NCBI GenBank assembly: GCA_951406725.2 | Contig: OX597827.1 | Span: 61,318,001-61,382,000 of the forward strand | Origin: Octopus vulgaris | Taxonomy: Eukaryota | Length of the DNA: 64,000 nt | Reading direction: 5' to 3' | Shown here: in pieces, positions 39,556 to 52,262 of the stretch | Position numbering within the stretch: position 1 is the first letter of the stretch | How the letters are laid out: the number at the start of each line of letters is the position of its first letter | Position numbers and translations under genes: made by a program | Notes under the pieces: model-generated | Told to the model about the DNA's origin: nothing | Databases searched by the model: none | The model's input: only the letters and a program-made list of their open reading frames with translations

Positions 39556-41554
39556 TATACAACAAATATATATGGGTATTTAATATAACTATTCAAATTT
39601 TCAGACCTATGTTCTAAACTTTTGGCCACATCTATAAGTAGTACCATAGTTAGAAGAGTGACGGAGGGATAGGTGTAAGGAAGATATGGAAGAGAATGTT
39701 TGACATGTAGGGCTCAGCATGTACAGGCCCTAAACTGCTCCTCTAAGTCCCATGTCTTAACCACAAGACCATATTCTGCTATTTGACCCATAGCTGGGGC
39801 TCTTGACAAGATGCAACCGCCCCAGAAAAGAGCAAGCTTGAGAGTAGTGGTAACTAAGGGTTGACTACATACTCCCTAAAACTCTGGAACTCCCAAGCTG
39901 GAGTCTCACTACCAAATGCTGTTGATATAAGAATATATCAGTAGTTTTCTTAATTTGGTACAATGATGCAGAATAGCTGTTGTTTATCCTCAGGTCGACC
40001 CTGATTCAGTAGACAGACATTCCAGCTGTGATCATCCCATCTTTTTTCCCAGATGTAGCAAACCCAGCACCAGTTTATCCTCTAGTGAGTCCTTCTCTTA
40101 AGGCAGAGAGGTGTAATTTGAGGGAGATTCAGCTGTTATTTCTAGGATGTAAAGTAATCTTGTAGAAGCTGCCTCACAATAAAGCTGTAATGTTGGTGGT
40201 TGATTAATTGGTCAGTTGGTTGCTGTTGTTGTTGTTATTGGTGGTGGTGGTGGTTGTGGTGGTGGTGGGGGGTGATGGTGGTGGTGGTAATGGTCTGCAG
40301 TGTGTGTATGGTGGGGAAAACCAGGTTAGTTGAGATTAACAAGAGAAGTACTGTTATCTAAAAATGTTCTGTGACTGAATTCTTGTAAATAAACATGAGC
40401 CGGCTGCCACAGTAAAAGATGATGGGTGGAGTGAGAAGAGGAGGAGGAGGAGCCAAAAAGGATGAGGAGGAGGAGACAAAAAAGAGGAGGAAGAAGAAAA
40501 GAAAAAGGAGGAAGGGAGGAGAGCAACAACAGTAAACAGTCTTACAAGGGCGCTTCTATATGACTGCTCTACCGGCTAGGAATAACAGTGAAATCTCTCT
40601 CAAATCATACCATTTTTTTCTACCACCATTGGATAAAGTCTCTCAATAAGAAGCACAACAAAATAATTCCACAATTAGATTTGAACATGTGACCTATGAT
40701 TATGTAGCCCAAAGTTTTATTGATTCAGTCACCCCCATACCCAGCTCTCCACCACAAATGATGTCGAATAAATCCATACCATTTCCACCCAACTGCAATT
40801 CAAGTGAACAAAGGAGGCCTTTATGTAGTTGTCTGAACAGCTAAAAATTGCAGAAAAAAATCTTATTTCTTTTGACATTCCTCTCTTTGGAGATGTTTCT
40901 CTCAGATAAGATATTACAGCTAGTGCAATTCCACATTTGTATATACATCATAGGTGCAAGCATGGCTATGTGGTGAAAAGTTTGTTTCATAACTACATGG
41001 TTCTATGTTCAGTTTGATTATGTGGCACTTCAGGCAAGTGTCTTCTACAATAGCTCTGAGATGACCAAAGCCTTGTGAAGGGATTAGGTAGACAGAAACT
41101 GAAAGGTGCCTATAGTGTGTTAGAGTTTGAGTGTTTTTGTGGCCAATGCCAGTGTTGCTTTGACTGGCTGAGTCCCAGTGGCACGTAAAAAGCACCATCC
41201 GATCATGGTCGATGCCAGTTCTTCTGGCCCCTGTGCAGGTGGCATGTAAAAAGCACCCACTACACTCTTGGAGTGGTTGGCATTAGGAAGGGCATCCAGC
41301 TGTAGAAACACTGCCAGGTCAGATTGGGGCCTGGTGCAGCCTCCTGGCTTCCCAGACCCCAGTCGAACTGTCCAACCCATGCCAGCATAGAAAATGGACA
41401 TTAAACGTTGATGATGATGATGAGGATGATATCGTTGCCATTATGTCCAAGTGTCATAAGTTCAAAATGTTGCTTTTCAGAAAATGTAAAAGTAGTTTCA
41501 CCATTCCAAAGCAAAAACTACACCATGACAATCTTTGACATCTTAGCATCTGAA

Positions 41555-41598
41555 GCAGCTGATGATGTGGTAGTTTGACCACAAGAATCGGCTATTGC
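41555..41598 (+). ncRNA. Degenerate hammerhead
   Basis: gcag-CTGATGA-T-GTGGT-agtttg-ACCAC-AAG-AATCGGCT-A-ttgc. Stems I and II pair, but the GAAA box is mutated. Confidence 0.5.
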
Positions 41599-41679
41599 AA
41601 GCAAAAATAAATAAATAGATATTGAAAAAAAAAAGCATTTGGCCAAATTTGGATATACAACAGTTTAACATAATAGCAA

Positions 41680-41732
<53 letters not shown>

Positions 41733-42567
41733 TATATACATATATACATCTAGCCTAATGGTTAGGGTGTTGCACTTATGATCACAAGATCACATTCTCC
41801 CTGCTTAACAGTATTCAATTCTACTCACCTCATACTTTGAGGATCCACCCTGACAGCTCATCTCTGCTATCTTTATCTCTTTCCAGCTGCACCCAATCAC
41901 ATTTCTAAAATGTGAACAGTCATGTAGCTTCTCAACAGCAACAAACCTGTTCTGGCCCCTTCTCTTATACTTTACCCACTCATTGCCTAAAAAATACAAA
42001 AAAAAACCCCACTTCTGTCTCCACCATGCAGGGTTTGTAGCCTTGCAAACTGCTTGCTTACCTCAAAAGTGCTGTTGCTATGGAAAAAGCACCTAGTACA
42101 TGCTTCAAAGTGGTTGGCATCAGGAAGGGGCCAAACCACAAGAACAGTGGCAAATGAACATCTTCATCAAATGTGAAACAGGTGTGAGTCATATGACCTC
42201 CTTCGAGTTAAAAAACAAGCATATTTCGCTTACCATTGTGCAATGTATATAAGAATGGAACCTGGTGTATAGAGTCAAAACACACTCACCTGAAACAAAT
42301 AAGAAAAAAGAGAATTATATTTTTGTTGTAGAATATAATAAAAGACATACAAAAAGAATCACAAAGGTAAAAGAAATAAATGCATGTGTGTGTGAGGAGG
42401 GGAGCTAAAAAGCTCTTAGTTTTAAGGGTATCACGAAAGGACTGGTTGGAGGCCTAACTTTCTGAGTTCTTTTACAGGGCTTAGAAAAACTGAAGGACCA
42501 CTGCAATAAGTGTGTGAATCTGAGAGGGAAATATGTTGAGTAAAATCATAATTAACTAATCCTCTTG

Positions 42568-42996
42568 TATTGGAATCTGTCCAGAGACGTGCAACCAAAC
42601 GCATACCCTCCATCAGACACCTACCATATTCTGAGCGCCTTGTTTCCCTGGGCATGGATTCACTGAAGCTCCGGCGTTTGGCGACGGACTTGGTAAACAC
42701 CCACAAAGTTATCAACCACCTCACCAACAACAACACTGAACACCTTTTTGATCTCCATGTGTCTAACACACGTGGACATGCCTACAAAGTCAGAAAACAA
42801 TACAGCTCCCATGACTTTCGGAAACATTTTTTCACGCTCAGAGTTGCTGAAGCATGGAATAAACTGCCTGCGTCAGTTGTTGACTGCCATGACACTGCAT
42901 CTTTTAAGGCCCTCATGCTTTCCGAAATCCGCCGAAACTTCACCTGATTATATATACACTTTAGATGAGTTGTAGTGCACCTGAGCACTGTACACA

Positions 42997-43036
<40 letters not shown>
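42568..43036 (+). mobile_element. CR1-clade LINE 3' fragment nested in a mariner MITE
   Basis: LESVQRRATKRIP...YSERLVSLGMDSLKLRRL...TRGH...RKHFFTLRVAEAWNKLP, then (ATT)n. Same family as 4258-4744. Confidence 0.9.
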
Positions 43037-43038
<2 letters not shown>

Positions 43039-44145
43039 TTCTTTTACCCAAAGCCAGTAACTATTCAGTATCCACTAATCATAATCAACATTATCATCGT
43101 TTAACATCTGCTTTCCATGTTAGCATGAGTTGGATGATTTGACTGAGGACTGGCAAACCAGATGGCTGCACCAGGCTCCAATCTTGATCTCGCAGAGTTT
43201 CTACAGCTGGATGCCCTTCCTAATGCCAACCACTCCGAGAGTGTAGTGGATGCTTTTACGTGCCACCGGCACAAGGGTCAGTGAGGCGGTACTGGCAACG
43301 GCCACGCTCAAATGGTGTCTTTTACGTGCCACCTGCACAGGAGCCAGTCCAGCGGTACTGATAAATAAATAAATATAGATGGAAGGGTATCCAGCCATAG
43401 AAACCATGCTAAAACAGACAAATGGAGCCCAGACAGCTCTTCAGTTGGCTAGCTCCTGTCAAACCATCCAACCCATGCCAGTGAGGAAAACAAACATTGA
43501 ATAGTGATGATGATGATGATGATGATGATATATATATATAACTTAAACTGAAGAAGATTTATGTAATGGAGGCATTTCCTCAATGGATGGATGGATGAAT
43601 AGACAGACAGATAGATGCACATGGATACAAATGCAGTTTATTTTTAGTGAAGAGGGCCTTTTATCAGTAGGTGAAAACTGTTGACCAAAAATAATCAAGT
43701 AATTCATTGTTGCACTAGTCAATGTGTTAAACAATTATACTTTCTTTCCCACTCATTATATATATGTATACACACACACACACACACACACACATGTATA
43801 TGTATGAATTGCAATAGGCATGAAAGTACCACAGTAAAAACATCAAGCATGTATACAAACAACATATACACCAATTTGAATGCATATATTTATAAATGCA
43901 TAAGCAGGGAGGAAAAAAAAGGAAGAGGAGAAAGAGTGAAGACAGAGAAAAAAAGAAACACAAATGCATGCACGCACAAATTCACAGATGTACCTACACC
44001 TATCTTCATCTTTTGTTTATTGTAAATTTGAACTATATATATATATATATATATATATGCATATATATTCGGGTGTAAGTTGTCTAAAGGTCCATAAGTC
44101 AGGAAAAATATGCACTCATACAGGGAGCAGTTGCCATATTTCATT

Positions 44146-44251
44146 CCATATCAGGTACCTCTGATGAGTGTAGGGTTATATAATCAGACTGTTACCTAAC
44201 ACTCCATTGTACTCCTAGCACGAAACTGATTGGTAAGATCAGCTGTGATGG
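44146..44251 (+). ncRNA. Type I hammerhead motif, intact core
   Basis: CTGATGA at 44161-67. Stem II GTG-TAGG/CCTA-g-CAC. CGAAAC, stem III ACTGATTGGT (looks like CpG-decayed ACCGATCGGT) then A. Partial stem I. Lies between (TA)n and (CA)n tracts. Confidence 0.7.
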
Positions 44252-45360
44252 ATATATAATACTGTACACTTCAGATTATATACACACACACACACACACT
44301 CAGCACACACACACACACACACACACACAGGGGCATAGCTAGGTGAGGCAAGCAGGGCACATGCCCTGGGTGCTATTTTGAGGGGTTGCAATTTTGGCAA
44401 AGATCATTTTCTAATTAAGCCATTAAAAAAAATTTTTTAACCATACAGCTGTGTGCTAAGAAGGTTGCTTCTCAGGTGGCTGCGAAGGTCATGGGGGAGA
44501 CTGACCTGTTCAGGATAATAGACTCCTTCCTAGAGGATACCTTTATATTCATGCTAAATTGGCCCGACTTGACGCCGTCCAGGTGTTTAACTGAGGCGAG
44601 AAGTCTGGTCAGGCAGGAAGATTTGTAATTAATTAAGGTAAGAGGCTTGGTGCTTCATTTGTATTGTTTCATTGATTTTATAATTGACTTGTATAAGAGG
44701 TTTATTGCCTCACAATTGCTTTTTGTGTTGTAAATGTAAGAGGTTTATTGCCACATTTATGTTTTACTTTGAACTATGTAAGAGGTTTGTTGCCTCAAAT
44801 ATGGTACTTATAAAGAACAATGTGCTCGGGTAAACAGCAATTGGCGGGGGGGGCGTTGCTTGTTGCCCTCGTTATTATCATATCGTTTATCATTTCATTT
44901 CATTATGTCTTTGTCTAGCCTGCAGCTTCCTTCCTTTGTAAGGCCTTTATGGCCAATCTAAGACATGGGGTGATGCTATGTAGGATGAGAGACAGTTAGG
45001 TAAAGAAGTGACAAGTGATCTCAATGGAAGATGAAGATCTCAGAACAAAACTGAACTTTACAAAGAAGATGCAACAAGTAGTGGGATGATGCCTGGAATG
45101 ATTCACATCCAATCTCTGCAACTATGGGAAAATACAAACCAAAAGCAAAAGAACAAAATATAAAAAAGATGATGGTGATGCAGGCATGGTTGCGGGGTTA
45201 AGAAGCTTGGTTTGTAACTAAGTGGTTACAAGTTCAGTCCCACTGTGCAGCACCTTGGGCAAGTGTTTTCTGCTATAGGCTTCGGGCCAACCGATGACTT
45301 ATGAGTGAATTTGAGAGATGGAGACTGTGTGGACGCCCACTGTGTAGGCTATGTGCTTTC

Positions 45361-45439
45361 GGCAAGCATATCTGATGAGTCATCAGTATTACCAAGTACA
45401 ATAGCCGATGTGAAACCAATGGTAACCTTCTGACTTGTT
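45361..45439 (+). ncRNA. Type I hammerhead motif, intact core, decayed proximal stem I
   Basis: CTGATGA at 45372-78. Stem II CATC..TATT/AATA..GATG. GAAAC, near-palindrome ACCAATGGT then A. Distal GGCAAG/CTTGTT pairing. Confidence 0.62.
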
Positions 45440-46028
45440 TTATGCCATAACCAAAACTATTCTACTTGATAATATAAAAGCGTAGGTGTGGCTGTGTGGT
45501 AAGAAGTTTGTTTTGTAACCACACAGTTCTGGATTCAGTCCCACTGCATGGCACCTTGGGCAAGTATAGCCTCAGACCAACCAAAGCCTTGTGAGTGGAT
45601 TTGGTAGATGGAAACTGAAAGAAGCCCACCATATGTGTGTGTGTGTGTATGTGTGTGCATCTTTTTGCCCGTGTTTGTCCCTCCCCCTCATCACCGCTTG
45701 ACAACCAGTATTGGTGTGTTTATGTCCCTGTAACTAAGTGGTTTGGCAAAAGAGACTGATAGAATAAGTACTAGGCTTTAAAAATAAAAATAAGTTCCGG
45801 TGCCAATTTGTTTCATTAAAAGCCCCTCAAGGTGGTGTTCTAGCATGGCCACAGTCCAATAATTGAAACAAGTAAAAGATTAAAAAATAGAGATTGTGAT
45901 GACGATGAGGAAGATGATGATGATATGCACAAATATGCAGTAATTATTCATGACAACTGCACTGCTATGCCAACACTATATCCCTCCCCCAAACTCAAAC
46001 CTACCCCCTCCAAAATAAAACATCACTC

Positions 46029-46059
<31 letters not shown>

Positions 46060-46062
46060 ACA

Positions 46063-46097
<35 letters not shown>

Positions 46098-46403
46098 CTC
46101 CACCAGTAGAATCAACAAACTGTTGCATATAGCTGAATTCCTGGATAATTCTTCGCATGAAATATTCTTGAAATGTCAGATTCTTATCAGACGACACATA
46201 GTTTACACAGAATGGAATGTTGTCTTCTCAAGAAAGATGAATCAAAACAATTTTATCTGCCTCAACTATTCACACACACACACACACACACACACAATGC
46301 CTAGAAGCACCCACATGTATACATGTATATTCACATATGCACACGCATCCATTTCAATGGTTTCACATATTCGTATGTATTTCTGATTTCAATAAACACA
46401 GAC

Positions 46404-46452
<49 letters not shown>

Positions 46453-46841
46453 AATATATGGGAGGGACCTAGTGCTGAGAGTGTTGGCCTCAAAAGGTCA
46501 GAGTTTACATTCCTGAAATGGCCAATGCATTATGTTCTTGAGCAAGACACGCCATTTCATGCTGGCCTTGTCTACTCTGCTGAAAATGAGTATCAATTCA
46601 GTTCTAGCGCAGCCAGCCCCTTCATTTCTCTCTCTCTCTCTCTCTCCCTTTCCAGCTGTTTCATTCTTGATGTTCTGCTCAATGAAGAGCAGTAAACCCA
46701 AAAAGGGTATCTATATGTGTTTGGCTACATAGGCACCTAAAACAATAAGCAAAACCATGATACAAGCTACCAGGTCAAACTTGTGAGCGATTACTAAGAA
46801 GCACGAATGAATTTGTATGTGTATGTATATGTGTATGTACA

Positions 46842-46890
<49 letters not shown>

Positions 46891-46892
<2 letters not shown>

Positions 46893-47465
46893 CTTAATCT
46901 CACTCCTCTGGAACTTCACCATTCAAACTGACAGAAAGATAGATGCAAATAGGCTAGATATCATATTGAAAGACTTCAGACAAAGAACATGCCTCCTCAT
47001 TGATATGATTGTTCCAATCGATATGAACGTATCTGTCAAGACCTACCAAAAACTGAGCAAATATAAAAATCTTGAAATAGAAATTAGCAAAAATGTGGAA
47101 CCTGAAGACTAAAACAATACATGTTGTCATAGGTGCCCTGGAAATGATAGCAAGAGGGGCTGATTACTACCTAGCTCAGATACCAGGAAACCCCAAAATT
47201 GCAGAAATTCAAAAGATAGTGCTCATGGGAACTGCCCATATCCTACGCAAAATACTTTCTATGTAATCTCAAGTTTTAAAACAAACACATAATTTTCTTA
47301 TGGTTTCTTAAACATTCTCTAGAACAACACTATGTACAAAACCAAATATATGGCACCCTAGGCATAACACCAACATGAACTTCCAACTTGTTGTCTCTTG
47401 AGGTCTCTGGGTCAGACTTGGAGCCAACTTGTAAAAATGTAAAGCAAAAGTCCAACATAAAATAA
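46891..47465 (+). mobile_element. R4/Dong-clade non-LTR retrotransposon 3' end (restriction-like endonuclease domain)
   Basis: LLWNFTIQTDRKIDANRLDII...CLLIDM.VP.D.NVSVK..QKLSKYKNLEIEI, then a frameshift to VVIGAL...IQKIVLMGTAHILRK. 5' junction lies in (TAA)n. Confidence 0.85.
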
Positions 47466-47469
47466 TATT

Positions 47470-48068
47470 AGTAAAGTTTATTTGCTAACATAACATGGCA
47501 GTCATGAATAGCACTATGTTACTACTTTTTAACCCTAGGAAAACATCTTTTCCGCTGGTTTATTGATACATGATCTGTGTCCAAGACATACCATAAGGGG
47601 GCCTACTACAGTACAAGCAGACCAATGGTTTCTGGGTAATTTCCATTCTTTGGTACTAGACAACAGCCTGGCTAGAGACAGTAGCCAGCCGACCTTACAG
47701 TATATATTTATCAAAGCAATTGTCAGTCCCTGATCTAGTAAGGAGAAAAACAACTAGTTTGAAACCTCTGATTGATATCTATACAGTAACAGTACTGAAT
47801 AATAAAGTTTATTTGCCTACATAATGTAGCAGTCCTGAATAGAACTATATTACTACTTTTTATCCCCAGGAAAACATCTTTTCCAACTGGTTTATTGATA
47901 CATGATCTATGTCCGAGACATACTGTAAATAAGGGGGTCTACTACTCCCTTCTAGCCATTGGTAGTACCAGCAGACTATTGGGTAATTTCCCTTCTTCAG
48001 TACAGGAAAACTGCCTGGCTAGAGACAGCAGCCAGTTGACCTTACTCACAGTATATATTTATCAAAGA
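47470..48068. repeat. ~330-bp tandem duplication
   Basis: TAAAGTTTATTTGC...GGAAAACATCTTTTCC...GCCTGGCTAGAGACAG...CAGTATATATTTATCAAAG at ~47472 and ~47803. Confidence 0.85.
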
Positions 48069-49643
48069 GACTGAAATAATATTTTATAAGCTTAAAGCTT
48101 ATAAGTGATCACTGTGCATAAAGGTAAATAGTCTAATATTAGGGCTTATAAGACCTCAACGGAAAAAGTAGGGTTTGCTGTATCCATGGGTCTCAAACCC
48201 ACACCTATATATTCATGACGGAAAACAGTCAGGGGTATGTGTGTTTACGTCCCCGTAACTTAGTAGTTTGGCAAAATAGACCAATAGAATAAGTACTAGG
48301 CTTACAAAGAATAAGTCTTGGGGTTGATTTACTCGACTAAAGACAGTGCTCCAGCATGGCTGCAGTCAAATGACTGAAACAAGTAAAAGAGTTTAAGAAA
48401 GTTTCCTTCGAAGCATACCACAGAAGATATGAGCAAATCTTCAAGAAAGAATGTAAAGAATGAGACAAAGAGATGAAAGCACACTTAATCTTGAGAAAAC
48501 TGGTGGCAGCAGAACATGAATGATACAGTAATTGTGTACTCCCAAGAAAACACGCTTTAATGACACAATAAAAATATTGTGTAAAATTTTCAGTGAAAAA
48601 CACTCATTGTTCAACACATGTTGGAAGTGTCTGAACACAGAAAAACAATGACAAGGACTACATCCATTATGCTGGTAAAGTAAACAGGGAATGTGAGAAG
48701 TTTAAGCTGGATGAATTAATGCCAGATATGTTCAAATGCCTGATTTTTACACAGGGACTTACTGCTAAAAAGGACACAGAAATTAGAACTAGAATTCTTG
48801 CAAAGCTGGAACAAAACCAGGATGTAACTCTACAGCAAGTGTCAGAAGAATGTGAAAGGATAGTCAAATTAAGACACAACACAGAGGAAATTGAACATAA
48901 AGATAATTTCCAAGTAAAGCAAGTGTGAAATAATCAGAATAGAGATAAAGGGTTTTCTAAAAAAAACACAACGAAAATCAGGAAATCAACCCATATTTTG
49001 CATGTGGAGGTATATGTCCAAGAAAAAAATTGTCCATTTAAAAAACAGAATGTTTTCATTGTGGTAATATAGGACATATAAAGACACACAGTATAACAAA
49101 AATGTCAGAACAAAGGAAAAAGAATAAATAGTATATCATTAGAAGAAATTGGTAATATGATGATGAGAAAATTCATGAAGGTGAAAATCAGAAATACAAG
49201 AGTTATCACCATTATAAATGGAAAGACTTAGAAATATGCAGGTAAGCTGAAATTAATTAAATTGAAAAAGGTAGCACATGGTGTTATGGGAAAAAGATAT
49301 TTCTTTTGCTGAATTCCTATGTAATGTAACATTTTGAGGTCAAACACAAATGGTGAAGATATATGTGTTAAATAATTCATGTAATTTATTTGGCACAGAG
49401 TGGATGGAACTATTCAAAATATGAAATATGCCCATAAGTGTTTTGTATGGAAATATAGTCAGTTCAGTAAAAGGTTCGAATGCAGCTGAGGGACTGAAAC
49501 AAAAAATTGCCGTAAAACAGATTGGAACACCTGTATGTAGGCCAAAATGAAATTTTAAGAATTGCCAACAATAAGAAGTAAACATTGTCCAAAAGTAGAT
49601 GTTCTGTGATCAAGACTACACGTCAATTTTGATGGTCATTTAA

Positions 49644-49864
49644 CCCTTTTGATACTAACTCGGCCAAAACCACTCTGGCTCTGTCGTATAAATGTCTTGT
49701 TTTCATAAGTTTTTCATTAAAATATACCACCAAACCTTAGTCACAATTTATGATCCTAACAGTAGCTGAATGATAAGTAAGTTATTTTACTAAATTCTTT
49801 GTTATATTTAAAATTAATTGAAAGAAACACAGAGCATCTCAAAATGAATACGGTAACAAAAGGG
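49644..49864. mobile_element. TTAA-flanked piggyBac-type MITE; other copies ~20169-20385, ~20612-20834, partial ~11255-11372
   Basis: TTAA|CCCTTTTGATAC...GTAACAAAAGGG|TTAA. Interior nearly identical to the 20612-20834 copy. Confidence 0.85.
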
Positions 49865-50774
49865 TTAAATGATTCATACTACTTAGTGGTAGTTGGTAGT
49901 TTCTTGAAATGGCCAGAAATTTGTAAGTGTAAAAAAACCAACTTCCTCAACTGTGATAAATTTTTTACATGAATTGTTTGCAAGATTTGGCATTGCAGAC
50001 AAGATAGTGTCTGAAAATGGAACATAATTTGAGTCTAGTGAATTTTAAAAATTTTGTGAAGCATTCATGGTAGAACATGTAACTACAGTGTCATACCATC
50101 CCACAACTAATGGACAGGTAGAATGCTTTGCCAATACCTTCAAAAGATCCCTTAGAAAATCAAATAAGGAAGTCACAGATGAGGTAGCTCTACAACAATT
50201 TTTAAGAGTGTACCGTGTGACACCAAATCCAAATACACCAGCAGGTAGATCACCAGTGGAGTTGATATTTGCAAGGAAAGTAAAATCAGTCTTTGATAAA
50301 TTGCTGCTTGGCAAGAAAAGAAAAAGTGCCAGGGAAGACACAGCAAGATTCTTTAAAGTTGGTGAATGGTGTGTATGAGGGCATACGAGAATGGAAAGCA
50401 GAGTTGGGAAGATGGTGTAATTACCAAATGCATTGGTAAAATGATGTATTGGGTAAAAAGTAGAAAAGGGTATCTATATGTGTTTGTGACACAGGAACCA
50501 GCTGAAAAAAAGATTCGTGGAAAGCGAACCAAAAAAGTTGGAGAAACCGATAGAATGGTTGTACGATACATTCCAAGTACCAACACCACTGCAAAGGATT
50601 GAACCCAGGTGTACGAGTGAGAGGAAAAGAAAAGATACAGAGTTCCTGAAAATAGATGCCAAGCACAAAAAATTTTAAATTATACGAAAAAACCTCAAAA
50701 AAGGGAGGTGGGGGTGAATAAAAAAATTCTTCTAAATAAAATGACACTTCCTAAGAAAAACTTAAAAGGGGAGA

Positions 50775-50940
50775 TGTTGTAGGGAATTAGTAAGGATGGT
50801 ACACCCTTCCCACGTGATGAATGGAATAACCTAGTCACTATAAGTAAAGAGAAGTTAATGAAGTAGAGGAGTATGTGGTTAGAGATAGTCGTGTCTTTAC
50901 TGGTTTTACTGAGTATACTGTAAACCGAAGGATTACATCA
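50775..50940 (+). repeat. 3' LTR (166 bp) of the Gypsy element, preceded by a polypurine tract
   Basis: PPT AAAAGGGGAGA at 50764-74. LTR runs TGTTGTA...TACATCA, with inverted TG..CA ends. Confidence 0.75.
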
Positions 50941-52224
50941 GTATCTTTGTATTTGTCTTCACCACTGCCACTTGACAACTCTTTTACTTGTTTCAGTCAT
51001 TTGACCATGGCCATGCTGGAGCACCGCCTTTTAGTCAAGCAAATCAACTCCAGGACTTATTCTTTGTAAGCCTAGTACTTATTCTATCAGTCTCTTCTGC
51101 CGAACCGCTAAGTTATGGGGACGTAAGCACACCAGCATCGGTTGTCAAGCGATGTTGAGGGGACAAACACAGATACACAAACATACACACACACACATAT
51201 ATATATATATATACACATATATATGATGGGTTTCTTTCAGATTCCATCTACCAAATCCACTCATAAGGCTTTGGTTGGCCTGAGGCTATAGTAGAAGACA
51301 CTTGCCCAAGGTGCCACGCAGTGGAACTGAACCCGGAACCATGTGGTTGGTAAGCAAGCTACTTACCACACAACCACTCCTACGCCTATAAACTGGTGAA
51401 GATTTGTTTAAATCCCAGTAACTTAGCAGTTCAGCAAAGAGAGACCCAATAGAACCAATAGAATAAGTATTAAGCTTTTTGTTTTTTGTAAAACAAAAAG
51501 TATTGGGGCCAATTTCTTCAACCAAATTCTTCAAGTGGTACCCCAGTATGGCCACAGTAAAATGACTTAAACAAGTAAAAAATAAGACAAAAGATAAACG
51601 CGACTGATGCTGTCCAACATCAAGAAACTCTGCTGCATAGGTCACATGTAGTAGCTACATGGCTAGAGAAACTATATTTTACAGTCTCTGTCAGTTGGAG
51701 CAGGCATTAAATTTTACATTTGTTTCATGTAAATGCACCAGCAGTTTACTTTGATTTATTGCTTCTAAATATATTCACTGACAAATGATACACTAGTCAC
51801 GATCTTATATGGATTATCAAATGCAAATATTTTCTGCATCTTATTAACATATAACGTATCCTTTTATCATTATCATCATTATTTTTATTATTATTCTTGT
51901 TTTGTGTTGTCTTTTATGCCTGTGTCATGTCATTTAATATTATTGTATGTGAGCCGTTGTGGTTAATAAAGAAAATGATAATAATAATAATAATCATTAT
52001 CATCATCATTTAGCATCCGCTTTTCATGCTAGCATGGGTTGGACAGTTCAACTGGGGTCTGGGAAGCCAGAAGGCTGCACCAAGCCCAGTCTGATCTGGC
52101 AAAGTTTCTATGGCTGGATGCCCTTCCTAATGCCAACAACTCCGTGAGTGTAGTGGGTGCTTTTTACGTGCCACCGGCACAGGTGCCAGACGGGGCTGGC
52201 AAACGACCAATAATAATAATAATA

Positions 52225-52262
<38 letters not shown>

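Larger units (their letters stand above)
48395..50940 (+). mobile_element. Decayed, internally deleted Ty3/Gypsy LTR retrotransposon (gag, protease remnant, integrase, PPT, 3' LTR)
   Basis: Gag-like MPDMFKCLIFTQGL...IRTRIL. Integrase SRLHVNFDG..LVVVGSFLKWPE..FARFGIADKIVSENG..YHPTTNGQVECFANTFKRSL. No RT/RNaseH visible. Confidence 0.88.
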
